The notes: generated by a model not told the origin, from the sequence alone. 64,000 nt of DNA from Candidatus Levyibacteriota bacterium (GCA_039738415.1 JBCLLY010000003.1:17084-81083), one strand, 5' to 3'; positions 36,889 through 46,676 are shown, numbered from the stretch's first letter. Made by a program: numbers and translations.

Positions 36889-37173
36889 ATGAGCAGAAGT
36901 TCTAGAAAAGGACCATATATAGACCAAAGACTTATGAAAAAAGTCATGGTGCAAAAAGAAAGCGAAGACAGAGAGCAAATAAAAACATGGTCTAGGCCAT
37001 GCCAAATTCCGCCGGAATTTGTAGGTCACATATTTGGCGTACATAACGGAAAGAATTTTATTACCGTAAGGGTTAATGAATCCATGGTAGGACATCGTCT
37101 TGGAGAGTTTTCTCCAACAAGACACTTTAAAGGACATGGAAGAATTGTTTCAAGAGAAGTAAGCAAAACCTAG
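36889..37173 (+). CDS. rpsS: 30S ribosomal protein S19
   Basis: [29 protein letters not shown]. Confidence 0.96.
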   Translation: MSRSSRKGPYIDQRLMKKVMVQKESEDREQIKTWSRPCQIPPEFVGHIFGVHNGKNFITVRVNESMVGHRLGEFSPTRHFKGHGRIVSREVSKT

Positions 37174-37302
37174 TTTAAAATTCAAAATGAAAAATTCAAA
37201 ATTATCTTTCGACCCTGAGCTCAAGAACGAAGGACAATTTAAAATTAAAAATTCAATAAAGTTTAACTTTAAACTTTTAACTTTAAACTTTTAACTAATT
37301 TT

Positions 37303-37671
37303 ATGGAATATAAAGCTGTTGCAAGATTTATAAAAATAAGTCCCCGAAAGGTTAGGCTTGTCGCGGATGCTATAAGAGCTTTACCTATTGAAGACGCTAA
37401 AATTTCTTTAGGAGGATTAAATAACCGTGCGGCAACGCCTCTTTTAAAGGTACTAAATAGCGCAGTTGCAAATGCTGTTAATAATGGAAGTGCAAACAAG
37501 GGAGATTTAAAGATTAAAACAATTAGTATAAATGAAGGGGTCCGTTATAAAAGATTCCACTATGCCGGACGCGGAAGAATAAGACCTTATGTTAAGAGAA
37601 CAAGTCATATAAATGTTATTCTGACGGATAACAATATGAAAGGAGGCGTTACCGATGGGACAAAAAGTTAA
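37303..37671 (+). CDS. rplV: 50S ribosomal protein L22
   Basis: ARFIKISPRKVRLVADAIR; synteny. Confidence 0.95.
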   Translation: MEYKAVARFIKISPRKVRLVADAIRALPIEDAKISLGGLNNRAATPLLKVLNSAVANAVNNGSANKGDLKIKTISINEGVRYKRFHYAGRGRIRPYVKRTSHINVILTDNNMKGGVTDGTKS

Positions 37672-38296
37672 TCCAATAGCATTAAGACTGGGAATACATC
37701 AAGAATTTAAAAGCGTAGGATTTTATCCTAAAAAGTCCTATGCAAAAAACGTCCTAAAGGATATTCGGATTCGTGATGCTCTTATGAACAAATTAAGACA
37801 TGCCGGAATAGGAGATATTATTATCGAAAGATCTCAAAATCACATAAAGCTTACGATTTATGTAACAAAGCCTGGAGTCGTTATTGGACGCGGAGGATCC
37901 GGACTTGAGATTTTGAAAAAAGACATAGTAAGTCTTTCGAAAGATGGTGGAAATGAGGCTTCAGGAGAACAAAAAATCGAGTTAAAGGTAGAGCCAATTA
38001 AAGAGCCAAACTTGAATGCAAGAATTGTTGCTTCAAATATAGCTGAACAGCTTATCCGTCGTATGCCTCATAGAAGAGTTATGAAGCAAACAATTGAAAA
38101 AGTTATGGGAAGTGGGGCAAAGGGTGTTAGAATAGTTCTTTCTGGAAGAATTGCAGGAGCAGAAATTTCCAGAGTTGAAAGAAATCAGGCAGGGAAGCTA
38201 TCACTTTCAACGATAAGAGAAGATATAGATTTTGCGTCATATCCGGCTCTAACAAAAAGCGGATATATCGGAGTAAAAGTCTGGATAAATAGATAA
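37655..38296 (+). CDS. rpsC: 30S ribosomal protein S3
   Basis: MGQKVNPIALRLG; KH domain. Confidence 0.96.
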   Translation: MGQKVNPIALRLGIHQEFKSVGFYPKKSYAKNVLKDIRIRDALMNKLRHAGIGDIIIERSQNHIKLTIYVTKPGVVIGRGGSGLEILKKDIVSLSKDGGNEASGEQKIELKVEPIKEPNLNARIVASNIAEQLIRRMPHRRVMKQTIEKVMGSGAKGVRIVLSGRIAGAEISRVERNQAGKLSLSTIREDIDFASYPALTKSGYIGVKVWINR

Positions 38297-38310
38297 AAAA
38301 TTAAAATTAT

Positions 38311-38718
38311 ATGTTACAACCTAAGAAACAAAAATACAGAAAACAATTTAAGCCTAGAAAGCTTCCACATATGTCCCATCGGGGTAATGAGGTATCGTTT
38401 GGAGACTTTGGTCTTCAGGTGGTTGAGTCGGGTCTTATTTCAAGCCGGCAAATTGAAGCTGCAAGAAGAGCTATTGTGCATTACATAAAAAGAGGAGGCA
38501 GAGTTTGGATTAGAATATTTCCGGATCTTCCTTTAACAAAAAAACCGCCGGAGACGAGAATGGGTGGAGGAAAAGGAGATATTGACCAATACGTTTCCGT
38601 TACAAAGTCCGGGCAAGTTGTTTTTGAAATGAGTGGAGTTGCAGAAGATATAGCAAAGGAAGCATTAAGGCGCGCAGGACATAAATTACCAGTTAGAAAC
38701 GTATTTATAAAAAGATAA
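38311..38718 (+). CDS. rplP: 50S ribosomal protein L16
   Basis: [19 protein letters not shown]. Confidence 0.96.
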   Translation: MLQPKKQKYRKQFKPRKLPHMSHRGNEVSFGDFGLQVVESGLISSRQIEAARRAIVHYIKRGGRVWIRIFPDLPLTKKPPETRMGGGKGDIDQYVSVTKSGQVVFEMSGVAEDIAKEALRRAGHKLPVRNVFIKR

Positions 38719-38722
38719 AAAT

Positions 38723-38935
38723 ATGAAAAAACAAATTAAAGAAGAGTTAAAAACAAAAACAAAAGAAGAGTTAGTTAAAAACCTTTTAGATTTGAGAAAA
38801 GATATTTCTAAATTATCTTTGGCAATCTCACTTCAGAAAGAAAAAAATACAGCACTTTTGAAAACAAAAAAGAAAGAAGTAACCAGGATATTAACTTTTT
38901 TAAGCATAAAAAGGGTGGAGGAGACTAAGAAATAA
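38723..38935 (+). CDS. rpmC: 50S ribosomal protein L29
   Basis: Size, helical K/E-rich sequence, and position between rplP and rpsQ. Confidence 0.88.
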   Translation: MKKQIKEELKTKTKEELVKNLLDLRKDISKLSLAISLQKEKNTALLKTKKKEVTRILTFLSIKRVEETKK

Positions 38936-38937
38936 AT

Positions 38938-39174
38938 ATGGCAAAAATATTACTTGGCACAGTTGTGTCTAACAAAATGAAAAACACTGCAGTGGTCGCA
39001 GTAGATAGAGTTGTAACTCATCCTTTGTATGGAAAGAAGCTGAGAAGAACAACTAGATTTAGTGCGGATACAAATAATATAAGTGTAGCAATTGGAGATA
39101 CTGTAAGAATTGAAGAGACAAGAAAGCTTAGCAAAACAAAACATTTTAAAGTAATTGGAAAGGAGGGGAAGTAA
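38938..39174 (+). CDS. rpsQ: 30S ribosomal protein S17
   Basis: GTVVSNKMKNTAVV...HPLYGK; synteny. Confidence 0.94.
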   Translation: MAKILLGTVVSNKMKNTAVVAVDRVVTHPLYGKKLRRTTRFSADTNNISVAIGDTVRIEETRKLSKTKHFKVIGKEGK

Positions 39175-39270
39175 TACTACCAATACATACCAATTACAAA
39201 TAAATACCAATAATTCAATATTGGAATATTTGGAATTTGTAGTATTTAAAATTACGACCTAAGGAAGTTT

Positions 39271-39645
39271 ATGGTACAACACAGAACAATGTTAACAAGC
39301 GCTGACAATAGCGGAGCAAAAATTCTTCAAGTGATCCAAGTGTATGGGGGAACAGGAAGAAGATATGGATTTATTGGTGATATATTAGGTTGTGTTGTTA
39401 AGAAAGCTCTCCCTCATACGCAGTTCAAAAAGGGAGATAAGGTAAAAGTTGTTCTAGTAAGAAGTAAGAAAGAATACAAGAGAAACGATGGAACATATAT
39501 CCGCTTTTCTGAAAATGCCGGAGTAATAATTGAAAACGAGAAAACAAAAATTCCTATGGGAACCAGAATTTTTGGTCCTGTAGCACGCGAAGTTAAAGAT
39601 GCGGGGTTTGGCAAAATCGCATCTCTTGCAAAAAACGTGGTATAA
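39271..39645 (+). CDS. rplN: 50S ribosomal protein L14
   Basis: MVQHRTMLTSADNSGAK. Confidence 0.96.
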   Translation: MVQHRTMLTSADNSGAKILQVIQVYGGTGRRYGFIGDILGCVVKKALPHTQFKKGDKVKVVLVRSKKEYKRNDGTYIRFSENAGVIIENEKTKIPMGTRIFGPVAREVKDAGFGKIASLAKNVV

Positions 39646-39651
39646 AAAAAT

Positions 39652-39957
39652 ATGAAAATAAGAAAGGGCGATACAGTACAGGTAATGATGGGTAAAGATA
39701 AAGGAAAAACCGGAAAGGTTTTAAGAGCAATTCCTGCAAAAAATATGGTTTTGGTTGAAGGTGTAAATCAATTTAAACGCCATATCAAAGGTCAAGTGAA
39801 GGGTCAAAAATCAGAAATTGTGACTATTACAAAGCCTATGAATGTATCAAAAGTATCTCTGATTGACCCTAAAAAGAAGAAACCAACAAGAGTTGGATAT
39901 AAAATAGAAAATGGTAAAAAAATAAGAATTTCTAGAAAGTCACAAACAGCTATATAA
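39652..39957 (+). CDS. rplX: 50S ribosomal protein L24
   Basis: MKIRKGDTVQVMMGKDKGKTGKV (KOW motif). Confidence 0.95.
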   Translation: MKIRKGDTVQVMMGKDKGKTGKVLRAIPAKNMVLVEGVNQFKRHIKGQVKGQKSEIVTITKPMNVSKVSLIDPKKKKPTRVGYKIENGKKIRISRKSQTAI

Positions 39958-39960
39958 ATT

Positions 39961-40074
39961 ATGAAAGTAAAAGCGTCAGTAAAAAAGAGATGTTTGAAAT
40001 GCAAGATTATCCGCCGAAAAGGTAGAGTTCTTGTTATATGTGAGAATCCCCGTCACAAGCAAAGGCAGGGATAG
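39961..40074 (+). CDS. rpmJ: 50S ribosomal protein L36 (zinc type), missing from the ORF track
   Basis: Manual translation: [37 protein letters not shown]-stop. C-x2-C-x12-C-x4-H pattern. Confidence 0.9.
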   Translation: MKVKASVKKRCLKCKIIRRKGRVLVICENPRHKQRQG

Positions 40075-40129
40075 GAATAGTTAAAAGTGCAAAATGCAAA
40101 ATAGAAATTTAAAATTTTAAATTAAAAGT

Positions 40130-40699
40130 ATGAGTAACTATAAGAAAGAATTTGAAACAAAAATAAGAGAAGACCTAAAAAAGAAATTAGGAGTAAGGTC
40201 AGTTATGGCTGTGCCTAGAGTAGAGAAAATAATGGTGAATACAAGCATGAAGTCTTTTCTTCAGGACAAAAAGAATTTAGAAAGAGCTGCTGAAGAACTA
40301 ACCATAATTACAGGTCAAAAACCTAAGGTATCAGCAGCCAAGACTTCGATTGCGACATTTAAGTTGCGCGAGGGAGATAAAATCGGACTATCGGTAACTC
40401 TAAGAGGTAAAAGAATGTATGATTTTTTGGAAAAACTTGTTGCTGTCGTATTTCCTAGAGTTAAAGACTTTTCAGGGATAGACTTGAAAGCTTTTGATGG
40501 AAGAGGTAATATAAGCGTCGGGTTCTCAGAGCAGATTGTTTTTCCAGAGATAGATCCGGGTCGGACAGAGGCGGTAAGGTCTTTGCAGGTTACAATAGTT
40601 ACAAGCGCAAGGAATAATGAAGAAGGAAAAGCATTGCTCGAAGCATTTGGAATGCCTTTTAAAAAAATTGAGAAAGATAAAACAGTTATAAAAAATTAA
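40130..40699 (+). CDS. rplE: 50S ribosomal protein L5
   Basis: [12 protein letters not shown]...; synteny. Confidence 0.95.
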   Translation: MSNYKKEFETKIREDLKKKLGVRSVMAVPRVEKIMVNTSMKSFLQDKKNLERAAEELTIITGQKPKVSAAKTSIATFKLREGDKIGLSVTLRGKRMYDFLEKLVAVVFPRVKDFSGIDLKAFDGRGNISVGFSEQIVFPEIDPGRTEAVRSLQVTIVTSARNNEEGKALLEAFGMPFKKIEKDKTVIKN

Positions 40700-40700
40700 T

Positions 40701-40886
40701 ATGGCAAAAAAATCGACAATAACAAAATTAAGTAAAAAGCAGAAATTTAATACCCGCAACGTTAATCTATGCGCTCTTTGCGGAAGGACGAGGGCTTATA
40801 TGAGGCTTTTTGGAATGTGTAGAATTTGTTTTAGAGAGCGCGCTTTGAAAGGAGAACTTCCAGGAATAAAGAAATCAAGCTGGTAA
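40701..40886 (+). CDS. rpsN: 30S ribosomal protein S14 type Z
   Basis: 61 aa; [23 protein letters not shown] zinc ribbon. Confidence 0.95.
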   Translation: MAKKSTITKLSKKQKFNTRNVNLCALCGRTRAYMRLFGMCRICFRERALKGELPGIKKSSW

Positions 40887-41044
40887 GCCAATTTTGAAAA
40901 ATTGGAAATTTGAAGCACTAAGTACGAAATACGAAATAAATATGAGAAATAAAAATAACAAAATACAAAATAGGTTTGAAATTTTGAATTTAAATAATTT
41001 GAATTTGTTTAGGATTTAGAATTTAGAAATTAGAATTTAATAAT

Positions 41045-41434
41045 ATGAATTATCCAATAGCATCATTTTTAACACAAATAAAAAACGCATACATGGCCCG
41101 AAAAAAGGTCATTGTATTTCCTCACTCAAAAATAGTTGAGGCGATAGGAAATATTTTAGTCAAAGAGGGTTTTGTTAAAAGCACAAAAACAGTTGAAAAT
41201 AATGGTAAGAAAAATATAGAAGTAATTCTTTTATATCACAGCCACGCACCATCACTTAACGAGGTAAAGATTATTTCAAAACCTTCAATTCACAGATATT
41301 CTAAAAAAGAAGAAGTTAAAAAAAGCGTAAATAGATTTAAGACAAATATTTTGTCTACAAATCAAGGAATTATGACAGCAAAAGATGCAGCGAAGAAAAA
41401 TATAGGAGGAGAGTTAATCTGTACAGTAAGCTAG
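41045..41434 (+). CDS. rpsH: 30S ribosomal protein S8
   Basis: IASFLTQIKNAYMARK; synteny. Confidence 0.94.
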   Translation: MNYPIASFLTQIKNAYMARKKVIVFPHSKIVEAIGNILVKEGFVKSTKTVENNGKKNIEVILLYHSHAPSLNEVKIISKPSIHRYSKKEEVKKSVNRFKTNILSTNQGIMTAKDAAKKNIGGELICTVS

Positions 41435-41435
41435 T

Positions 41436-41978
41436 ATGTCACATATAGGAAAACAACCAATAAATATAGAATCTGGAGTCGATTTAACAATTGACGAGAG
41501 AGAAATTAGCGTAAAGGGTCCTAAAGGAAGTCTTTCTTGGACTTTGCCAAAAGGAATTGGTCTTGAATTAAAGGATGGTGTTGCAACAGTTGTTATGAAA
41601 AAGGAAGACAAGAACCTTTTGAAATTTTATGGACTAGCACGCTCATTAGTTGCAAATATGGTAACAGGTGTGACAAAAGGATTTGATAAAAAACTCGAAA
41701 TGGTGGGTGTTGGATATAGGGCAAGAGTTGATGGTAGAAGCCTCGTTTTAAATGTTGGATACTCTCATCCTGTAAAAATTGATCCGCCGGAAGGAATAAC
41801 GATACAGGTAGAAGAGGGAATAATAACCGTAAGCGGAATTAACAAACAGTTCGTTGGGGATATTGCGAGCAAAATAAGAGCGGTAAGAAAACCTGAACCA
41901 TATAAGGGTAAAGGAATAAAATATGTAGGTGAAAAGATAAGACGTAAAGCTGGAAAGGCAGCAAAGTCAGCCCAATAA
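41436..41978 (+). CDS. rplF: 50S ribosomal protein L6
   Basis: MSHIGKQPINI...; synteny. Confidence 0.95.
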   Translation: MSHIGKQPINIESGVDLTIDEREISVKGPKGSLSWTLPKGIGLELKDGVATVVMKKEDKNLLKFYGLARSLVANMVTGVTKGFDKKLEMVGVGYRARVDGRSLVLNVGYSHPVKIDPPEGITIQVEEGIITVSGINKQFVGDIASKIRAVRKPEPYKGKGIKYVGEKIRRKAGKAAKSAQ

Positions 41979-41981
41979 GTT

Positions 41982-42317
41982 ATGAAAAATTTAGTAGAAC
42001 TTAGAAAAAGAAGAGCAATTAGAACCAGAAGCAATATCTCGGCAAGTCTTAGACCGAGGTTAAGCGTATTTCGTTCAAATAAATATTTATATGCGCAGAT
42101 TATTGATAAAAATGGTAAAGTATTGGTCTCATCTAATTCTAAGCAATACGATGGAGTAAAAAAAGGTGAAGCAGCAGAAAAACTTGGAGCCGATTTTGCA
42201 AAAGAAGTTTTGAAGAAAAAAATTAAGGATGTAGTTTTTGATAAGGGAGCATACCGTTTTCATGGTAGAATAAAAGCCTTTGCAGATGCCGCGCGAAAGG
42301 AGGGATTGAATTTTTAA
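41982..42317 (+). CDS. rplR: 50S ribosomal protein L18
   Basis: RLSVFRSNKYLYAQIID. Confidence 0.95.
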   Translation: MKNLVELRKRRAIRTRSNISASLRPRLSVFRSNKYLYAQIIDKNGKVLVSSNSKQYDGVKKGEAAEKLGADFAKEVLKKKIKDVVFDKGAYRFHGRIKAFADAARKEGLNF

Positions 42318-42318
42318 T

Positions 42319-42771
42319 ATGTACGAATATAACCAAGATAGGGAAAAATTTGAAGAAAAGATTGTTCAGATAAATAGAGTATCAAAAAAAACTAAAGGGG
42401 GAAATACGATGAGATTTTCAGTTCTTGTTGTGGTTGGAGATAAGAAAGGTAAAGTTGGTGTAGGACTTGGAAAGTCAGCTGATATTGCCTCCGCTATACA
42501 AAAAGCTGTTTCTTACGCAAAAAAACACCTTATAGAAGTGCCTATCATAAATGGTACTATCCCGCATGAAATCCGCTTGAAATTAGGTGCAGCGAGAATA
42601 ATGTTAAAACCGGCTCCAAAGGGAAGCGGTCTTATCGCAGGAGGCGCGATTAGAAGTGTAGTTGAGGCAGCGGGGATAAGAAACATTTCATCAAAAATAC
42701 TAGGAACGAACAATAAAGCAAGTAACGTACATGCGACACTTGCGGCGCTTGAAAAATTAAATAAGAACTAA
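42319..42771 (+). CDS. rpsE: 30S ribosomal protein S5
   Basis: VQINRVSKKTKGGNTMRFSVLVVVGD. Confidence 0.95.
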   Translation: MYEYNQDREKFEEKIVQINRVSKKTKGGNTMRFSVLVVVGDKKGKVGVGLGKSADIASAIQKAVSYAKKHLIEVPIINGTIPHEIRLKLGAARIMLKPAPKGSGLIAGGAIRSVVEAAGIRNISSKILGTNNKASNVHATLAALEKLNKN

Positions 42772-42772
42772 T

Positions 42773-43216
42773 ATGGCAAAACTAGATAATCTACAAAAAA
42801 TAACAAAAAAACCTTATAGAAGACTTGGTCAGGGTTATGGATCCGGTAGAGCAAAAACTTCCGGGCGCGGTACAAAGGGTCAAAAAGCAAGAACTAAAAT
42901 TCCGCTTTCATTTGAAGGAGGAGCACTGCCTCTTATTAAAAGGCTTCCAGTGCTCCGTGGAAAAGGAAGAAATCATTCTATTAAAAAAGATTTATATGGG
43001 GTAAATGTCAATTTACTAAATGAACTTCCCGCAAAAACCGTAGTTGATGTAGATACTTTAGTAAAGTACAATATTATTTCCAAAGATAATATAAAAAGAA
43101 GTGGTGGGATTAAAATATTGGGTAATGGGGATTTATCAAAGTCATTGACGGTCAAACTGCCTGTTTCTAAGGGAGCGAAGGAAAAAATCACCGCTGCGGG
43201 CGGAAGCGTTGTATAA
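42773..43216 (+). CDS. rplO: 50S ribosomal protein L15
   Basis: GSGRAKTSGRGTKGQKAR. Starts 1 nt after the rpsE stop, so there is no room for an L30 gene. Confidence 0.95.
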   Translation: MAKLDNLQKITKKPYRRLGQGYGSGRAKTSGRGTKGQKARTKIPLSFEGGALPLIKRLPVLRGKGRNHSIKKDLYGVNVNLLNELPAKTVVDVDTLVKYNIISKDNIKRSGGIKILGNGDLSKSLTVKLPVSKGAKEKITAAGGSVV

Positions 43217-43223
43217 ATTTATC

Positions 43224-44510
43224 ATGGGGAAAGCACTTGGCGTTATAAAAAAAGTCTTTAAAGATCCCGAACTCAGAAAAAAAATTCTTATAGTTTTAGC
43301 TCTCTTCTTAGTTTTCCGTTTTTTAGCGCATATTCCGGTTGCAGGAGTTAACATCAATCAGCTTAGGTCTCTTTTTGATCAAAACCAATTCTTGGGTTTG
43401 TTAGATATTTTCTCAGGAGGTACTCTTTCCAATTTTTCAATTCTTGCAGTTGGTATCGGTCCTTATATCTACGCTTCTATCGTAATGCAGCTCTCTACAA
43501 AAATTTATCCTAAGCTGGAAGCTCTTCAAAAAGAAGGAGAATACGGTAAAAAGAAGATAACTCAATATACACGATACGCGACAATTCCACTTTCTGTACT
43601 TCAGTCCATAGGTATGTACACATTGCTTCGAAGTCAAGGTCTTATAGGTAGTCTTTCAGTTGTCGACTTGATAGCTTTTATCGCGACAATGGTTGCAGGA
43701 ACGATGATTATTATGTGGATTGGTGAAATAATTTCAGAGCAAAATGTTGGAAACGGAATATCATTAATTATATTTGCAGGAATTGTCGGTCAGCTGCCGG
43801 TTGCAGTATTTCAAGCGTTTACGACAATTAACGCTGAGCAGGCGATAAATATGGTGATGTTAGTAGTTTTGGGAGTATTGGTTATATCAGCGGTTGTCTT
43901 TGTAAATGAGTCGATCAGAAAAGTTCCCATTATCTATGCAAAAAGAATTCGTGGTGCAAACTCTGCCGCTTCTCAGTCTACGCATTTACCTCTTAGGCTT
44001 AATTCTGCAGGAGTAATTCCGATTATTTTTGCAATATCTTTAGTCTTGTTACCATCACTTTTGGCAAATTATTTGGTAGCGTCAGGTAATGTTCAGGTAG
44101 CAGGAATAGGAGCTTGGATTATCGCAAATTTTAGCGTTGAAAGTATTTTGTATAATGTAGTTTACTTTGCGCTTATTTTAGGATTTACTTATTTTTATAC
44201 TGCGCTTATTTTCAACCCCAAAGACATTGCAGAAAATATTCAGCAAAGCGGAGGATTTATTCCTGGAATTCGTCCGGGAAAGCAGACTGAAAAATATTTA
44301 AATTTTATAATCACAAGAATTACTCTCTTTGGAGCTGTATTTTTAGGTATGGTAGCAATCTTGCCTAATGTTTTACAAGCATACACCGGAATTCAGTCGC
44401 TTGTTATAGGCGGAGCAAGTATTCTAATCGTAGTAACAGTTGTTATAGAAACCGTAAAAGTATTGCAAGTGCAGCTAGTTAACCGCAGTTACGATAAATT
44501 TCTTCACTAA
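43224..44510 (+). CDS. secY: Preprotein translocase subunit SecY
   Basis: 10-TM profile, PELRKKIL...IPVAGVN N-terminus. ATG 43224 preferred over the track TTG at 43209. Confidence 0.93.
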   Translation: MGKALGVIKKVFKDPELRKKILIVLALFLVFRFLAHIPVAGVNINQLRSLFDQNQFLGLLDIFSGGTLSNFSILAVGIGPYIYASIVMQLSTKIYPKLEALQKEGEYGKKKITQYTRYATIPLSVLQSIGMYTLLRSQGLIGSLSVVDLIAFIATMVAGTMIIMWIGEIISEQNVGNGISLIIFAGIVGQLPVAVFQAFTTINAEQAINMVMLVVLGVLVISAVVFVNESIRKVPIIYAKRIRGANSAASQSTHLPLRLNSAGVIPIIFAISLVLLPSLLANYLVASGNVQVAGIGAWIIANFSVESILYNVVYFALILGFTYFYTALIFNPKDIAENIQQSGGFIPGIRPGKQTEKYLNFIITRITLFGAVFLGMVAILPNVLQAYTGIQSLVIGGASILIVVTVVIETVKVLQVQLVNRSYDKFLH

Positions 44511-44513
44511 ATT

Positions 44514-45053
44514 ATGAAAATCATCCTAATAGGTATTCAGGGTTCAGGTAAATCCACTCAGGGAAATCTACTATCTGAAAAGTTGAATATTCCGTATCTT
44601 TCAACGGGACATATTTTCCGGGAAATTGCAAAAGAAAAAACTCCATTTGGAAGATATATAAAAGAGACATTAAATGCAGGATTTTTAATACCCGACGATA
44701 AGACTCTTGAGATTGTGAGTGAGTATTTGAAAAGGGATGAGTATAAAAATGGGTATATTTTAGATGGTTTTCCAAGAACAGTTAAGCAGGCGCAGGAGTT
44801 TGAAAATGGTATTAAATACGTAATTTACCTTAATGTATCTGACAAGGAGGCCCTCTGGAGACTTTCTTATAGGGAGGATGAAAGGGAGGATGAAACTCTT
44901 CTTGCTTTGCGAAAAAGAATTGAGCTCTTTCATGAAGTCACAGAACCGGTACTCGATTACTATAGACAAAAAGGGGTGCTTTTTGAGTTGAATGGAGAAA
45001 AAACTATTGAGGAATTAAATAAGGAAATAATGGACAAACTCCACGCGAAATAA
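44514..45053 (+). CDS. adk: Adenylate kinase (short-lid form)
   Basis: IGIQGSGKSTQG P-loop, ILDGFPRT. Confidence 0.92.
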   Translation: MKIILIGIQGSGKSTQGNLLSEKLNIPYLSTGHIFREIAKEKTPFGRYIKETLNAGFLIPDDKTLEIVSEYLKRDEYKNGYILDGFPRTVKQAQEFENGIKYVIYLNVSDKEALWRLSYREDEREDETLLALRKRIELFHEVTEPVLDYYRQKGVLFELNGEKTIEELNKEIMDKLHAK

Positions 45054-45613
45054 TGAACCAAAAAACGATCCTTGCATTTGTAGGTATGCCTGGTGCAGGC
45101 AAAAGCGAAGCTGCTTCTTATCTTGAAAAAAAAGGAGTACTCTTTGTTAGGTTTGGTAAATTTACAGACGAAGAAATTAGTAAACAGGGTCTACCCTTGA
45201 TATCGGAAAATGAGCGAATAGTTAGAGAAAAGTTCCGGGAGGATTTAGGAATGGCAGCTTATGCCATTATGGCTTTACCTAAAATACGTGAGCTGTTAAA
45301 AGAGTCAGACGTTATTGCATTAGACGGTTTGTACTCATGGGAAGAGTACATTTTACTAAAAGAAGAATTCCCCTACCTGATATTAGTACATATATATGCG
45401 GAGCCCAGCATGCGGTATAACAGACTTGAAGGCAGGTCGGTTCGTCCGGTTCCTCAAGGTAAATCACGGGAAAGGGATATCGCAGAACTTGAAAAATTAA
45501 ATAAAGGCGGTCCGATAGCAATTGCTGATTTTTGCGTCCAAAACAGTGGTGAAATGGAAATAATGTATTCTGAAATTGATAAAATCCTTCGAAGATTAAC
45601 AATTAATATATGA
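45053..45613 (+). CDS. P-loop nucleotide kinase, UPF0200/dephospho-CoA-kinase-like
   Basis: FVGMPGAGKSEAA Walker A, ALDGLYSWEEY, RERDIAEL...IAIAD. Resemblance to archaeal UPF0200 kinases is judged from memory. Confidence 0.6.
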   Translation: MNQKTILAFVGMPGAGKSEAASYLEKKGVLFVRFGKFTDEEISKQGLPLISENERIVREKFREDLGMAAYAIMALPKIRELLKESDVIALDGLYSWEEYILLKEEFPYLILVHIYAEPSMRYNRLEGRSVRPVPQGKSRERDIAELEKLNKGGPIAIADFCVQNSGEMEIMYSEIDKILRRLTINI

Positions 45614-46389
45614 TGGATGACAAGACAAAGAAAAAAATTGAGATTATGCAGCGGGCGGGGGTTATTTTAGGTCAAGTTATGGATGAAATCGTAGCATATG
45701 TAAAAGAAGGAGTAACTGAGATTGATGTTGATAGACTAGCTGAAAGACGTATCCTGGAATTAGGTGCAGAGCCCGGGTTTAAGAAGGTTGATGGTTATCA
45801 GCATACGATCTGTGCTTCTACAAATGATGTGGTTGTCCATGGTATTCCAAAAGATAGAAAACTTGTTAACGGCGATATTTTTGGTTTTGACTGTGGGGTT
45901 TATTTAGATGGTTTCCATACCGATATGGCGGAGACTGTAATCGTGGGAGATACTTTTGACGATGATAAAAAAAAGTTTTTAGAGGTAGGTAAAAAAACCC
46001 TATTTAAAGCAATTTCTGAGGCAAAGAATGGTAATCACGTGGGAAATATTTCAAAGATTATGCAGGAGGGAATTGAATCAAATGGTTACAATATTGTAAG
46101 AAGTCTTGTCGGGCATGGAGTAGGACGTGAGCTCCACGAGGAGCCTGAAATCCCAGGATATTTGGAAGGAAAAATAGATAATACTCCGAAACTTTACGTA
46201 GGCATGACGCTTGCAATTGAGGCAATTTATAACATGGGAAAGTCGGGTGTGGTATTTGAAGGAACCGATGATTGGACAATTGTGTCTGAGGACGGGTCTT
46301 TCGCAGGATTGTTTGAAAGAACAATTTATATTGATGAAAACGGACCAAAGCTAATCACAAAACTAATAAATGACCCATTAAATTTGTAA
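45610..46389 (+). CDS. map: Type I methionine aminopeptidase
   Basis: FDCGVYLDGFHTDMAET, GHGVGRELHEEP, LAIEA. Confidence 0.94.
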   Translation: MMDDKTKKKIEIMQRAGVILGQVMDEIVAYVKEGVTEIDVDRLAERRILELGAEPGFKKVDGYQHTICASTNDVVVHGIPKDRKLVNGDIFGFDCGVYLDGFHTDMAETVIVGDTFDDDKKKFLEVGKKTLFKAISEAKNGNHVGNISKIMQEGIESNGYNIVRSLVGHGVGRELHEEPEIPGYLEGKIDNTPKLYVGMTLAIEAIYNMGKSGVVFEGTDDWTIVSEDGSFAGLFERTIYIDENGPKLITKLINDPLNL

Positions 46390-46460
46390 GTTCAAATGAA
46401 GCTTGCTAAATACGCTCTCATTTGTTAAAATTAACAGATTAAATTGGAGCAAGTTCTTAT

Positions 46461-46676
46461 ATGGCTCATCAAGGATCAGTAGAGATAGACGGGAGTGTAA
46501 AAGAGGTTTTACCTAATACACTTTTTAGGGTTGAAATAGAAGGAGGAAATCTTATTTTATGTCATTTATCGGGGAAAATGAGGATTCATTTTATAAAAAT
46601 ATTACCCGGTGATAGAGTAAAAATAGAAATGACTCCCTACGATACTGAAAAAGGTAGGATAATCTACAGATATTAG
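46461..46676 (+). CDS. infA: Translation initiation factor IF-1
   Basis: [19 protein letters not shown]...GKMR...ILPGDRV. Confidence 0.95.
   Translation: MAHQGSVEIDGSVKEVLPNTLFRVEIEGGNLILCHLSGKMRIHFIKILPGDRVKIEMTPYDTEKGRIIYRY

Noticed and set aside
37262-41044. The repetitive AT-rich spacers were considered as a CRISPR array or a set of arrays.
   Set aside because: There is no regular repeat-spacer periodicity. The units are 7-14 nt stutters rather than 25-40 nt repeats. The spacers sit between individual ribosomal genes, and no cas genes are present.
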